A stretch of 64,000 nt of DNA, from the NCBI RefSeq assembly GCF_030144855.1, contig NC_082721.1:26722001-26786000 (forward strand). The letters are read 5' to 3'. The position numbers and the translations under genes were made by a program. Positions 1 through 13,549 of the stretch are shown here, piece after piece (position 1 is the first letter of the stretch; each line of letters starts with the position of its first letter). The notes beneath the pieces were generated by a model, which was given only the letters and a program-made list of their open reading frames with translations, ran no database searches and had not been told where the DNA came from. This stretch comes from Hypanus sabinus. Taxonomy: Eukaryota.

Positions 1-125
1 AGCTGTGGCTATTTTGTCGTCCATCGATCGGTTGTGTCGGTCGATGAATTGTAGGGGTCCAGTGTGGGAGGCAGCATACTGCAGATGTAGTCCTTGACCA
101 GCCTTTCAAAGCATTTACTTATTAT
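1..125 (-). mobile_element. Rex1/Babar-type LINE RT fragment
   Basis: CLNDWCLVALSSIISKCFERLVKDYICSMLPPTLDP. Confidence 0.75.
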
Positions 126-419
126 TGAGGAGAGTGCGACAAGACACCAGTCATTCAGACATGTTACCTGGGTCTTTTTTTGGGTACCGGAACAATGGTA
201 GATTTTTGAAGCTGAGTGTGGGTTATCTGAGGGAGAGTAGGATGACAAAGACAGGCAGAAGGTACAGCATTGGAAAGCAGCAGTGTGTTGGTCGGAAGGA
301 TTCAGTATAGATATTACGGGCATAGTTGGTGGTTAGACTAGATACAAGAAAGGGCACAATAGGGAAGACAGGTGGATGAAGAGTGGAGAGCAAAGCATCA
401 AAGGCACCAATATCTAAAA

Positions 420-850
420 TGTAGGGTTTGGGATTTATGAGTTGATTAGCTAGTGTTTTGGGATAGCAGGTTGGTTAGCTGTGGGGTTTAGGATTTATAC
501 TTGATTAGCTAGGGTTTTGGGACAGCGGGTTGGTTAGCTGTGAGGGTTGGGATTTATAGGTTAGTTAGCTGTGTGGTTTGTGGTCAGTGAGTTAGCTGGG
601 GTTTGTGGATACTGGGTTGGTTAGCTGTGGGGGATTGGGATTTATGGGTTGGTGAGTTGTGTGGTTTGAGGTTAGTGAGTTAGCTGTGGGGTTTGCTGGA
701 CGATGGGTTGGTTGGGTGGGGTTTGTGGATACTGAGTTGGTTAGATGTGGCATTTGGGGGGATGGTGGGTTGGTTTGCTGGGGTTCAGGGACAGTGGCTT
801 GGTTAGTTTTGGGGCTTGGTGTTAGCTTGCTGTGGTGATTTATGGTTTCT
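420..850. repeat. Degenerate tandem repeat of about 30 bp (GGTTGGTTAGCTGTGGGGTTT...)
   Basis: More than 10 recurrences of TTAGCT/TTGGTT motifs directly after TMEM59L exon 4. Confidence 0.8.
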
Positions 851-863
851 GCGGCAGGGTTTA

Positions 864-1100
<237 letters not shown>

Positions 1101-2580
1101 CTACTACTTACTGTTGAACTTCAACCATGAAGAATGACACATAGGTGACAGAATAGAGACATGGGTCACAAAACCTATCAAGGCTATTCTGATAATCAGA
1201 GCTACCATTAGTTCTTATGATACAACAGAAGGCTATTGGACCCGTGACATCACCAACTAAGTACTTATTCAATCTCTGTGCACATACTCATTGAGAAAAA
1301 TCACTTAATAAAGCCTGCAGGAGGAACATTGCTTAACTTCCCACTTGTTCAGGGAATCCTTTCCACTGAGCTACCTTATACATTATGAATACAGTACTAG
1401 CCTCTGCTCTGTGCCAAAGATGGGAAGGGGCAATTGGTGCAGGGGGGTGGGTTGAGGAGAAAAAGGCCCTGAGGAAGTAGGGAGGTCCCCCAATTTAAAA
1501 CGTCCGGGTCACATGGAGCAGAGAACCACTCGTGAGTCCTATGGGGTAAATTCAATGATTGGACCTGCATGTTCAATGCATGCAACTGATCTTTCTATTA
1601 AGCAGGCATCCTCATTACTGATGGTGTCTCCCAGTTCCACAGCTGTAGAAGGACAGCCATATCTCAGAGCTTTGACAAGCTGACAAGCTCCACAGCCATT
1701 CTCCCTATTGATAAAGGCAAATGGAAGTAAGAATGAAATGGCTTCCAATGTCCTTTGAAAAGGCAAGGACCCAGAACACACGTTTCAAGTCTCATTCCAG
1801 CCAGTAAACAAGACCAAATTCCCACTGCAGCACTGAGGAACAACATACATCTGTAGAAGATGGAGTCAAAACGGACAGTGAAGGTTTCCATAGTTGCAAC
1901 ACATTGCCACAGCTTGCTGTCAAACCTTAGGCATAAAGAGCATGACAAAACGGAGGTGCAGATGTGGGTCTGAGGTATTCCACACACTTTACACTTTACA
2001 TCATGGGATCTTGTTTTACTGAAATTGGCAGTCGGATTACCCATACTGCTTCCCGTAAGGATTTTGTACGCCCTCACCATGAATGCGTAGGCTTCTTTTG
2101 GGTGCTCCAGTTTCCTCCAAACGTTCTGTCTGTAGTTCGAGTCAAGACAATAAGCTGCCTGTCTACCCTTTGATTGCCTTTGTATTTGCACAGTGATTGA
2201 GGCCTCACCTGCTTCATGTCTTACACTTCCCTGCGTAGAAATTTCTACCACAATGAATTAAGTGTTATAGGGAAAGGGCAGGTAGATGGAGCTGAGTCCA
2301 TGGCCAGATCAGCCATGATCTTATTGAATGGCAGACCAGGCTCAATGGGCCAAATGGCCTACTCTTGTTCCTATTTCTTATGTTCTTATGGTAAAATTGG
2401 TAAGTTATTTTATTATTCTCATGTGTACTGAGGTACACCAAAAAATATTGTTTTGCATGCCATTTATACAGATCATTTAATCATATCAGTGATTGAGAAA
2501 GTACAAGGTAGAATGCAACATAAAGTGTTAAGAGTTACAGAGAAACAGGTACTGTTATTGCAGCTGGCATGAGATGTTAC

Positions 2581-2675
2581 CTGTTTCTGTCTCCTCTCTG
2601 CTTCTAGGGATTGTTCCCTGCACCCAGTGATGCAGCCATACTGTTCCTCTGTCTGACTGTATGCCTCCAGGCATG
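2581..2675 (-). CDS. TMEM59L: TMEM59L exon 3
   Basis: (A)CLEAYSQTEEQYGCITGCREQSLEAERRQKQ. TTGCAG acceptor, GTAAC donor, 95 nt; phase matches exon 2. Confidence 0.92.
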
Positions 2676-3157
2676 CTGCAATCACAAGTACACAAACCAC
2701 TCTCACTTCAAGAAGATGAAGGTCCTTCTTCCCTCCCCTTTCTCCCTTTCCCCCGTCCAGACCCTCAAAACCAGAGGAGCAGGGTGTGAAAGTTAAGCAA
2801 GTTAGATTAAACAAGAGGAAGAGGACGAGATACATTCAACAAGATCGCATCTGAACCATGAATTAACCTCACCCTCTGTCTTTCCTCCATTTCCCTAATC
2901 CTTGAAAAAAAAATCAATCTTGGATTCAAAATTAACCACTGACCTGGTATCAACGAACATACTTGGAAAAAAAAATCAAAATTTTCAGGTAGAGATGTTC
3001 CGGAATTTCACATTTGGGAAGTTCCATTACAGTTCTTTGATCTCAACTCACAGTTGATAAAATGAGCAGAAAGAAACTACTCGTTTTTGATCATTTTGAA
3101 AACTTCAATCAAATCACCTCCTAATCTTCTAACCTTAAAGAAATTCTCTCCTTTGAA

Positions 3158-3640
3158 GGGTGGCACAGTAGAGTGATGGTTAGTACAATGCTTTACAGTA
3201 TCAGCGACCGGGGTTCAATTCCTACTACTGCCTGCAAGGAGTTTATATGTTTTCCTCCTGACTGCATGGGTTTCATAGAAACATAGAAATCTACAGCACA
3301 ATGCAGGCCCTTCGGCCCACAATGTTGTGCTGACCATGTAACCTACTCTGCAAACTGCCTAGAATTTTCCTACTGCATACCTCTCCATTTTAATAAGCTC
3401 CATGTGCCTAGCTAAAAGTCTGTTAAAATAACTTGGTTTCCTCCAAGTCCTCTGGTTTCCTCCCATAGTCCAAAGATATACCAGTTGGTAGGTTAATTGA
3501 TCATTGTAAATTATCCTGTGATTAGGCTTAGATTAGGCTCAGTGCGGCTTAAAGGAATGGAAGGGGCTACTCCACATTGCACCTCAATAAATAAGTAAAT
3601 AAATGAATAAATACATCAATAGATAAATAAATAAATAGAT
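3158..3640 (+). mobile_element. tRNA-derived V-SINE/HE1-type SINE with a nested CR1 3' end (about 3274-3432, - strand)
   Basis: A-box and B-box (GGGTTCAATTCC), V-domain GGTTTCCTCCCA...CCAAAGA, (AAAT)n tail. GGTTTC is duplicated around the nested insert. Confidence 0.75.
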
Positions 3641-4075
3641 TCTCATTTGAAACACTGCTTCCAATTCTACTCTCAATTTTAGAAAGATGATGAGGGCTCG
3701 GTTATAGTGCAGGGGAGAATGCCTGAAATTCTCCAGTAGATGTATGAAAATTTCCACTAGAAGTGGGCTATGTAGGCAGAAAGGGTTAAATATATCTAAG
3801 AGTAGGTTGAAAAGTTGGCACAGTTTGTACTGAGCTGTAGTGTTCCGTGTGTTTTGTTCGAGATGGGGGCTTTCAAATCTCTTGCATGACAAGAGAAAAA
3901 AAGTTTGTTCCCCTAGATGTAGTAAATGATGGAAGGAAACTTAACAGTATCTAAAATGGTGAGGATTTTTGATAGTTTTTATTTGTTCACAGGACTCGGA
4001 CATCATTGGCAATGCCAGTAACCCAATTAACCTTGAACCAGTAAGACTGTTCTGTGTTAACCACACTGATGAGAG

Positions 4076-4126
4076 CAGAGGTTCCCAACCTGTGGTCCGA
4101 TGGCAAGAGAAGATTGGGAACCCCTG
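4076..4126. mobile_element. Tiny hAT MITE, 51 bp
   Basis: TIRs CAGAGGTTCCCAA and TTGGGAACCCCTG, followed by GTCTAGAG. Confidence 0.6.
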
Positions 4127-5091
4127 GTCTAGAGTCATACATAGACCAGACCTGGTGAGGTAGCATATTTTACTTCCTGAAGGAAGACAAGATGGTTTTG
4201 ACAACAATAGTTTCATGGTTATTGGTATTCAAACTGGCTTTTGTTCCACATTTATTTAATGATGGATTTAAATTCCCTAGCTGTTGAGGTAGGAATTGAA
4301 CTCATGTTAATGGCTCAAGACACTGACCACTAGTCCTGAATTTAACCAGTCTAAATCTAGTAGTAGGAGGGTCGGTCACTAAGAGAGCACAAACTTAAAG
4401 TGGTTGAAATCAGAGCCAGAAAATAGTTGAAATTTTGTTTACATGCAGCAAATGGCAGAGAGATGGAGTGCATTGTCTTCAAGCTGGTTCAATAGATATT
4501 TATAAGGGGAATTAGATACAATTACTAAATGGGATAAATGTGCAGGATTTTAGGGGAAAATGGATAATTTAATAGACTTTTTAAAGAACCCACAACGGCA
4601 CGATGGGCTGAATGGCCTTTAGAGCTGTATCTTTATGATTCTATAGCCAGTGGCACTGAGAATGCGAGTGGTAGAGTGGTGCCACTCATTTGAATACCAG
4701 ATATATACTTTTGACTCCTAAGGAAGAGTTAAGAGTCAGACGAGTTCAGTGCAGGCCAGATCAGATTAGCAACTTTCCTGCCCCAAGAGCAGCTGCAAAC
4801 CATGGCTTCTTTGACAGTCTGACAATATCACCTTTAATGAGGCATCCTTTTCATCTCCCAGTTCCCAAACCACCAATTCCCTTGAAAAATGAAGTTTTAA
4901 AGGTGACCTAATTGAGCTGGTAAGGATCAAAAATGGAAACAAACTATTTTCGTTAGTGGGGAGGGAGGAAATGGAGGGTGGTGGATACCAGAACAGGAGA
5001 AGCTATCTAGGGGCAACGTCAATAAGCATTGATTTGTAGAGGGAAGCTGGAATTCTCTTGAACTCTGGGACAAAGTGACCCCAGTCCTCAC

Positions 5092-5197
5092 CTGCCTCAC
5101 ACTCAGCTCTAGTGCTGTTCAAACCACTGATTCCATCCACAAACTGGCAGATAGAGAGAAGGCGGCACCCTCGTTGACAGGCATTCAGTGTTGCCTC
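5092..5197 (-). CDS. TMEM59L: TMEM59L exon 2
   Basis: EATLNACQRGCRLLSICQFVDGISGLNSTRAECEA, the TMEM59-family ACxRGCRLFSICxFV motif. CAG acceptor, GTGAGG donor, 106 nt. Confidence 0.93.
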
Positions 5198-7299
5198 CTG
5201 TGGGAGAAATAAAGAAAAGGCAATACTCAGCAACGGCATGTGATGCAGGCATTTCAAACATAATTTTTCTCAGCTTTGTCAGCAGGTGATAGCTTTACTC
5301 TGTAAACTTATGAACAATATGACTTGATCTTCGATAGCAGGGGCTATGGTCCCAGCGCAAGTCGACAGGAGTAGGCAGATAAAAAGTTTTGGCATGGACT
5401 AGATAGGCTGAAGGGCCTGTTTCTGTGCTGTACTCTTCTGTGACTCTACGTCTCTAAACCCAGAAGTGATATTCAACACTGGCTGGCACAAGGTGAAAAT
5501 TTCAACATGAAAAACTCACTTGTTGGTGACCAAAGATCTTTATACTGTCATATATTTGTATGACATAGAAGTCTATTGGGCTCATCAGAACAAAACCACT
5601 AGTTCCACTCCTGCATTTACTTCTCTGTAATCTATCATCTCTCACATGTCCATCAACTTCACCAGGATCCTCCTGCTATTCACATACAAAAAGGGTAGTC
5701 TACCAACTAGCATTTCTTTCTCATCTGACAAACACCAGTGGCCACTGCACTTGTTGAGCAACAACTGTCCGCCTGGACAAAATTATTTTTATAAGATTAG
5801 AGTTTTGTTCATTGTCTCTTGAAGGGGTTGGAGCACAGGTTCCCATGGATAATGACACCTACTGGATGAGAGTCACAATAGAAACTTACTGGCACATGGG
5901 TCCATAAGCAGATCCTCTCAATAGAATTCAGGTTCCTCTGGTAATTATCCTATCAAGTATAGGTTATGCAGACATTACGTCTCACTGAGATAAGGGTCCG
6001 ATACAAACCACTATTCACCCGTGTATGGGTCCAACAGAAACTGATTCTGACTGGGACATGGGACACCAATTCTCATTGGAGTATGGTTCCAAAGCTCAGC
6101 CAATGCTCATTAACTGCTTTATCAATGTGGATGTCATGTACGTCAATTGGTGACCATCAAGTGATGCACTGTTTAAACATCAAAGTTCAAAGTAACTATC
6201 AGAGTACATGTATGGTACCACATACAACCCTGAGATTTATTTGTCTGCGGGCATACTGATCAAATCTATATGTCAGTAACTAAACAGGATCAATGAAAGA
6301 TCAAGTAGAGCATAGAAAACTAAAAGCCATGCAAATAAAATATAAATAAATAGCAATAAATATCAAGACCACAAAATAACAAGATAAAGAGTCCTTAAGG
6401 TGAGTTAATTGGTCATGGGAACATCTCAATTGATGAGTGTAGTTATCCCCTTTTGTTCAAGAACCTGATGGTTGAGAGGTAGTAACTGTTCTTGAACCTG
6501 GTGGTGCAAGTTTGCAGCTCTTGTACTTTATGCCTGATGGCAGCAGCGAGAAAGAGCATGGTCTGGGTGGAACGATCTTTGATGATGGACCCTCTCCATT
6601 GAAGCCATTGTTCACACTATTGACTCATGACCCAGCTGGCATCTGCTTTCTCTGTAGAATCTGGGCTTGAACCAGAGGCACATACAGGCCAATATTCACA
6701 TAGCTGCCAAAGCAATCACTACTCCAGCGAAGAAAGTGTGGAACAATTCACAGATAAAACACAAATTACACATGCCACATGAACTGCCGGCTTTACTTAA
6801 ACAGATTTCATCAAATTCAGCTTCCCAATCTTGTCGATGCAGCAATAATTGTATTAAATCTGGACATTTATGTCTTTTTGCAAGTCAGATAAACTGCACA
6901 GAGAGAATCAATGTCAGCTCCTTCCTCATCTGTCAGTGCAAAGGAGCAGATGGGATACTGGTACATTACTCCCACCTCAATCTGTCATCCACACAATAGG
7001 AATGTATGCTGCAGCAATCAGCTTCTCAGTACAATTATACCAAAGCCCTATGTGCACAGACTGATCTGAAAGCTGCTTTCCCTTTGCTTAGCAATTACTG
7101 GAAATCACACTGAACTTGCTCCAGGATCAAATGTTTTGACAACTCCATCACCTTCCCTGCTGACTGGAACAGTCACCAAGATTCACTGGGAAATGTGCAG
7201 CAGACTGCAGGGTCTGCAATAAATCTGCTCCATTTTCATTCCTGTCTGGTAATAGTTTGCAAAACAAGGACATTAAACTAGCAAAGGCATTTCTCCTGT

Positions 7300-8160
7300 G
7301 TTTCCCCCTCACTCATCCCCTCTCTTGTCCGAGACCCTTCTGCCAGTTCCACTTTCTCTTACGCATGTTCCTTAGCCACACTCATCCTATTCTTCCGCAT
7401 TTATCTTTCGCTTCCCTTCATTCTCCTTCCCTTGCCCCTTTATACTTTCCTCCATCTGTCTTTTTCTTTCTTCCTCTATCCATCCCACTCTTCACTTTTC
7501 TCCCCATCCCTTCTCTCCATTCCCCTGTTCCGTCTCTCCATCTTCCTCCCCATCCCTTCTCTCTCCATTACCTTCCCCCTCTGCCTCCCTTTCTCTCTCC
7601 ATCCCTTTCCCTCTCTCTCTCTCTCTCTATCCCCTTCTCTCTATGTCCCCTCTGAATCCCCTTCCCCCTTTGCCCCCTCTGTCTATCCCCTTCCCCCTCT
7701 CTCCATCCCCTTTCCCCGTCCCCCGCTTTCCCTCCTTCCCGCTCTGTCCCCTCTACCTCAATCTCCTTCTTCCTCTGTCCCCCTCTCGCTATCCTCTTCC
7801 CCCTCTGTCACCCAGCTCTGCAGCCCCTTCCTCTCTGCCACCTCTTGCTCTGCCCCTTCTCTTCTCTCTTGCCCCTCTCCCTCTCTGTCCTCTTTCCTCC
7901 ATGACCCCTCTTTTACTCCACCCTCCCCTCTCTGTTCCCTCTCTCTCCCCTCTTCCCCGTCCCCTTTCTCAGACCACTCTTCATCTTCATCTCCATCTCC
8001 ATCAACTTCCCCATGCTCTTCTGCTCCCCTCCATCTCCTGTTTTCTCCATCTTCATCTTTTTTCTATTTTTCTCCATCTTCATCTTTTTTCTATTTTTCT
8101 CCATCCACCCCCCCCGCCCCCCGGTCCTTTTTTATTCTGCTCTCTCCCTCCCCCCGTTCG
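7300..8160. repeat. Polypyrimidine/polypurine low-complexity tract
   Basis: Almost entirely C/T on the + strand; includes (CT)n and a 27-bp duplication at about 8041-8103. Confidence 0.9.
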
Positions 8161-8480
8161 TGCAGCCGAGATCCAACCGAGCCCGGGAGACTCGGCTGCA
8201 GCGCACGTCGAAGCTGCCTTACCCTGGACCGCCCGGCCAGCGGGAATGTGCTGCGGCAAAGGCTCTGGCACCGGGTCGTGTCACCGACCAGGCTGTCCAA
8301 GGGATCGGGGGCGGCGGGGCTGCAGGAGGCGGCGGCCGAGAGGACGAGGAGAGCGGCGCGGACGCCGGCAGTCGCTGCCATTGTTCGGGCTCGGAGTGAC
8401 GGCGAGTCCGCAGCACAGCCCGGCGGCTGCGGCAGGCAGGAGGCTGACGTCAGGGAGTGACAGCACAGAGCGAGCATTAA
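8150..8480 (-). promoter_or_regulatory. CpG island / TMEM59L promoter and 5'UTR with a palindromic CRE (TGACGTCA, 8445-8452)
   Basis: High GC and CpG density against a CpG-depleted background; perfect CRE about 65 nt upstream of the ATG. Confidence 0.7.
8223..8381 (-). CDS. TMEM59L: TMEM59-like protein, coding exon 1 (signal peptide and first Cys motif)
   Basis: ATG at 8381-8379 gives MAATAGVRAALLVLSAAASCSPAAPDPLDSLVGDTTRCQSLCRSTFPLAGRSR. GTAAGG donor follows; 159 nt, phase 0; lies in a CpG island. Called TMEM59L rather than TMEM59 from adjacency to CRLF1. Confidence 0.9.
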
Positions 8481-8943
8481 TACAGGGGCATCAGCACGGG
8501 AACAGGGGGCAGGTTGGTAGTTATGTAATGGAGCAACAATACTGAAATCTTAAAATAGAGTCAACAATACGCTCTCTTATTATTGTGGCATGGATACCAC
8601 CTGGCACTTTGGGCATCAATACTCTGTTTAATACAGCACCGCATATTTAATATTGGAGCACTAATGGGTTTTATAATCAATATTGTGCCGTTGCAGCCTT
8701 AATACTGGGCCATTGGTATTGAGGAGATTCTTAGTACAGTCCTGCTGAGTCATTATTACTGTGGCATTAATGTTGGGGGATTTACAGGTGCACCTGTAAC
8801 TGGTGTATTAATGCAGAAGAATTAATACTGGAAGATTAATGCTGCGGTATTAATAATGAGGCTTCACAATGCTGTAGAAAGACTGCCTCTTTTAGCATTA
8901 ATATAGGAGCTTTAGTAGCAGAATTGTGTCCCAGCAACATTTG

Positions 8944-10870
8944 TGTTAGATATAAGAAGCAGGAAGCAGGAGGGGCTTATGAGAAATATAGGGTAGCCAG
9001 GAAGGAGCTAAAGAAAGGACTTAGCAGCGCTCGAAGGGGGCATGAGAAGGCCTTGGCATGTAGGATTAAGGAGAACCCCAAGGCGTTCTATGCATATGTG
9101 AAGAATAGGAGGATGATGAGAACGAAGGTGGGACTGCTAAAGGATAAAGAGGGCAACATGTGCCTGGAAGCGGAGGAGGTTGGGGTGGTCCTAAATGAAT
9201 ACTTTGCTTCAGTTTTCACAAGTGAAAAAGATCTTGATCAGGAGGAGGTTGAAGCAGAGCGGGCCTGTGCGCTGGACAATGTGGAGATTATGGAAGAAAA
9301 AGTGCTTCTTAAAAACATTAAGATTGACAAATCCCCAGGGCTGGATATGTTACGCCCCAAGTTGTTGCGGGAATTGAGAGAAGAGATTGCAGGAGCATTA
9401 GCTGTGATCTTTGAATCCTCTTTGGTTGCAGGGGAAATGCCGGAGGACTGGAGAATGGCAAATGTAGTTTCATTGTTTAAAAAAGGTAATAGGGAGAAAC
9501 CTGGGAACTATAGACCAGTGAGTCTTACGTTGGTGGTCTGCAAACTACTGGAAAGGATTCTTAAGGATAGGATCTACGAGCATTTGGAGAAGTACAGTCT
9601 ACTCATGGATAATCAACATGGCTTTGTGAAGGGAAGATCGTGCCTCACGAGCCTGATTGAGTTTTTTGAAGAGGTAACAAAAGAAATTGATTAGGGTAGG
9701 GCAGTGGATGTGGTCTACATGGACTTTAACAAGGCATTTGACAAGGTTCCTCATGAGAGACTCATCCAGAAAGTCATGAGGCATGAGATAAGTGGAACCT
9801 TGGCTATTTGGATAAAAAATTGGCTTAAAGGAAGAAAGCAAAGGGTAGTTGTGGAAGTTCTGCCTGGATGTTGGTGACTAGTGGAGTGCGGCAGGGATCT
9901 GTCCTGGGACCCCTGCTATTTGTGATTTTTATAAATTACCTAGATGTAGAGGCGGAAGGATAGGTAAGTAAGTTTGCAGGTGACATGAAGATTAGAGGAG
10001 TTGTGGATGGAGCTGTAGGTTGTCTAAGGTTACAAGAGGATATAGACAGGCTGCAGAGTTGGGCAGAAAAATGGAAGATGGAGTTCAATTCAGTTAAGTG
10101 TGAGGTGATGCATTTTGGAAGGACAAACCAGAAGACTGAGTACAGGATTAATGGTCAGTTACTTAAGAGTGTGGATGAACTAAGGGACCTTGGGGTTCAA
10201 ATCCATACATCCCTCAAGGTTGCTGCACAGGTTGATAGGGTAGTTAAGAAGATCTATGGGATGCTAGGCTTCATTAACAGGGGGATTGAGTTTAATAGTA
10301 GAGAGGTCATGTTGCAACTCTACAAATCTCTGGTGAGACCGCACTTAGAGTATTGTGTTCAATTCTGATCACCTCATTATAGGAAGGATGTGGAAGCTAT
10401 GGACAGGGTGCAGAGCAGATTTGCCAGGATGTTGCCTGGTTTGGAGAACAACTCATATGAAGCAAGGTTAGCAGAGCTGGGACTTTTCTCTTTGGAGCTT
10501 GGAAGAGGTCTACAAGATTATGAGAGGCATAGATAGGGTGGATAGTCAGTACCTGTTTCCCAGGGCACCAATAGCAAACACCAGAGGGCATATGTACAAA
10601 ATTAAGGGAGGGAAGTTTAGGGGAGACATCAGGGGTAAATTTTTTACACAGAGGGTTGTGAGTGCCTGGAATGACTTGCCAGGGCTGGTGGTGAAGGCTA
10701 AAACATTAGGGGTATTTAAGAGCCTCTTGGACAGGCACATGGATGAAAGAAAAATGGAGGGTTATGGGGTAGTGTGGGTTTAGTACTTTTTTTAAGGATT
10801 ATATGGGTCGGCACAACATGGAGGGCTGAAGGGCCTGTACTGTGCTGTAGTGTTCTATGGTTCTATGGTT
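8944..10870 (+). mobile_element. 5'-truncated CR1-clade LINE (ORF2 reverse transcriptase pseudogene)
   Basis: KSPGLD, EDWRMANVVSLFKKG, NYRPVSLT, QHGFVKGRSCLTSL and LYKSLVRPHLEYCVQF motifs. In-frame stops (9692-9694, 10366-10368); catalytic FADD reads FAGD; 3' (TTCTATGG)n tail. Confidence 0.93.
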
Positions 10871-11534
10871 TATACTGAGGTACCAGAAATGATACTGAAT
10901 AACAGGACATTAATCTTTGATTTATTAATTTTTCAGGATCTGGGTGTCACTGGCAAGGCCAGCATTTACTGTCCTTCAGAAGGTGATGGCGATGCTCCAC
11001 CTGGTTGAACCACTGAAGCCCTTCAGGTAAGGGTATGGCCTGTGTGCTGTCGGGCAGGGAGTTCCAGGAATTAGACCCCATCATGATGAACGATTTGAAA
11101 TGTACAGTATCTACAAATTCCCATGCATCGCCTAAATTGGTAAATTGGTCTATTCTTGCCACATGTACTGATGTACAGTGAAAAACCTTTTTTGCATGCT
11201 ATCCATACAGATCATTTCATTTTTACAGTGTGTTGAAGCGAAACGATAACCAAAAGCAAAATAAAATGTTATAGAGCAGGCAGACAAAGCGCTGCAAGGT
11301 AGATTGTAAAGCTAAAAGTCCATCTTATTGTACTTGGGTACCATTCAAAAGTCTTATAACACTGGATAGAAGCTGTCTTACTGCCCAGAGGAAGGGAGAA
11401 GAAGAGAGAATGTCCAGGGTACTGGCCTGGTCCTTCAAGGTGGCAGTGTTCTGGGATTTAGGAGATGCTGTCACTGTTTGCACAGGTGGGTAACTGAGGT
11501 ATTTTAGACATTACACACTACACCCATCTACATT

Positions 11535-12181
11535 AGTCAAGTGAAGTGGCTTTTTATTGTCATTTCGACCATAACTGCCGGTACAGTACACAGTAAAAAT
11601 GAGACAACGTTTTTCAGGACCATGGTGCCTCATGAAACAATACAAAATCTACACCGAACTACATAAACCAACACAAAAACTACATTAGACTACAGAACTA
11701 CCCAGGACTGCATAAAGCACACAGAACAGTGCAGGCATTACAATAAATAATAAACAAGACAATAGGCACAGCAGAGGGCAGTAGGTTGGTAGTCCAATGG
11801 CTTGGGAGAAAATCTGTTACATAAATAAACAGCTGAATGGCGGCGTCCGGGATTCTGTCCGTTTCTGTACTCCCGCCAAGTATTTTGTTGCCATAGATGT
11901 TGTCCAATTTAATGTCCATTGGAGAGCAGAATGGATGGGAGAGCCGGCCGGCTACGGCTTGCTTTTTTCCTGGCACGGAATCCTGCCCACTTGCCTCGCT
12001 TCCACTTCCTCACACACCGCTTACGACATTCCCGCCTCCGGCCACCGGCATCAGGTGGCTCCGAGGACTGCAGGCCCGATTCCCTCAGCAAGCCGACACT
12101 GGAGGGCAGAATGGACGGGAGGGCCGGCCGGCTAGGGCTTTCTTTTTTCCTGGCACAGACTCCTACCCACTTGCCTCGCTT
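11535..12181 (-). mobile_element. Internally deleted Rex1/Babar-type element with a duplicated N-terminal segment
   Basis: [36 protein letters not shown] and TETDRIPDAAIQL resemble the basic leader and start of the APE endonuclease. Direct repeat of about 82 bp at 11920-12001 and 12100-12181. Confidence 0.65.
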
Positions 12182-12848
12182 AATACTGATGGATGGGGTA
12201 TCAATCATGTGTGGCTGTTTTGTCTTAGGTGACAGATGGAGTTCTATTCATCTAGACATGCAGAGGGCATTCGATCTTATTTTCGTTGATAGTTGAACAG
12301 TTTTAAGGTATCAGATGAGGCACTTGATACACTTTACCCAGTATCAGACTGCTCTTGAGTTACTGTATGTATGTAGCTGGTTCAATTGATTTTCTTACTT
12401 ACTTGCTGCCTGTTACCCCACTGGGCTTTAAGGCAGCAAAGATAATCCTCCAACTCTGGTGGTGTTCAGGCCTTCCTTCATCATGTCAGAAGCCTCCTCT
12501 TGGTTTTCACTACTGTCAGTCACACAAGTTCCAGGTGGAGACTCAGGAATACCGTTGCACTCAGATGTAGAAGGATTCTTCATTGCTGTTTCCATAACAA
12601 TTTTGTTTTTACCAGTTAGTCCAGTTAGCCCTGAGCTGAACCCCCGAATCTGGAGGACCAGTGACCATGACCCTTTCATCTGTTTAGCATGGGTGACCCC
12701 GCCAGGAGCCAACGCGTAAAGCCCTGACTCCAGCCAACATAGTTCTCCAGGTCTTTGAGGCACGCAAACCTCCAAACCATGGTAAGGTTGTGGTCCTCTT
12801 GGAGGAGTTGACTTACCATGCTAGGATCTTTCCTGTAATACCACGAGC

Positions 12849-13070
12849 TCATAGCTTGTTAAGCAGCCTCATGTGTAGCACCTTGTAAAAGGCCTTCTGA
12901 AAATCCAAGTACACAACATCAGCAGATTCTCCTTTGTCTACCCTGCTTGATCTTTCTTCAAAGAATTCCAACAGATTTGTCAGGCAAAGTTTCCCCTTAA
13001 GGAAACCATGCTGACTATGACCTATTTTATCAAGTGCCTCCAAGTACCTTGACACCTCATCCTTGGAGTT
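12849..13070 (-). mobile_element. CR1 RT fragment
   Basis: QHGFLKGKLCLTNLLEFFE...VYLDFQKAF. Confidence 0.85.
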
Positions 13071-13549
13071 GACTTTCTAGTCATTGGCAAAGTTTAAGAG
13101 GTTAACATTGCAGGACTTAACGATGGCAATGCCATTGAGTATTTTGGGCAAGTGTTTAGAGTCTCTCTTGTGGGAAATGTGCATTGCTCAGCATTTTAGT
13201 GGCACTAACGAAACATCATAGATCAGCCTGGTCCTGAATGTTGTCAACGTTTTTCCACATGACTCATCTGCTGAGCTGTTGGTGGTGGAACTGAACATTG
13301 TGCGGAATTCTAGCTTTATGATGGAAGGAAGCAGCTGAGAAGCTCCTACTGGGGATGGGGGGGGGGGTGTGGGATTGATCATTAGTAACTTTCTTCCTTT
13401 GTGTGATCTATCACTATAAATGTTGGAATGTTGGAGTATTTTCCCATTTACTTCATTTCATCAGAGTTTCTTAATGCCACATTCAGTCAAATGTTGTCCT
13501 AGTGTCACGTATAATTGTTCTCACCTCACATGCACCTGTTCGTCCTTGG

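Noticed and set aside
3158-3230. tRNA gene
   Set aside because: The A and B boxes belong to a SINE head; there is no complete cloverleaf and the sequence runs into the V-domain.
8490-8510. REST/NRSE-like site (TCAGCAC...ACAG) near TMEM59L
   Set aside because: Half-site spacing and right half do not fit the consensus TCAGCACCNNGGACAG.
7257-8545. Long Ser/Pro/Leu-rich ORFs on + (342 aa, 300 aa)
   Set aside because: Artefacts of a stop-poor polypyrimidine tract plus the CpG island, antisense to TMEM59L exon 1.
8924-10783. Active or domesticated reverse transcriptase gene
   Set aside because: 5'-truncated, with several stops and frameshifts and a mutated catalytic motif (FAGD).
11920-12181. 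CpG-rich 82-bp direct repeat as a novel regulatory element
   Set aside because: Explained as a duplicated N-terminal coding segment of a Rex1/Babar-type LINE.
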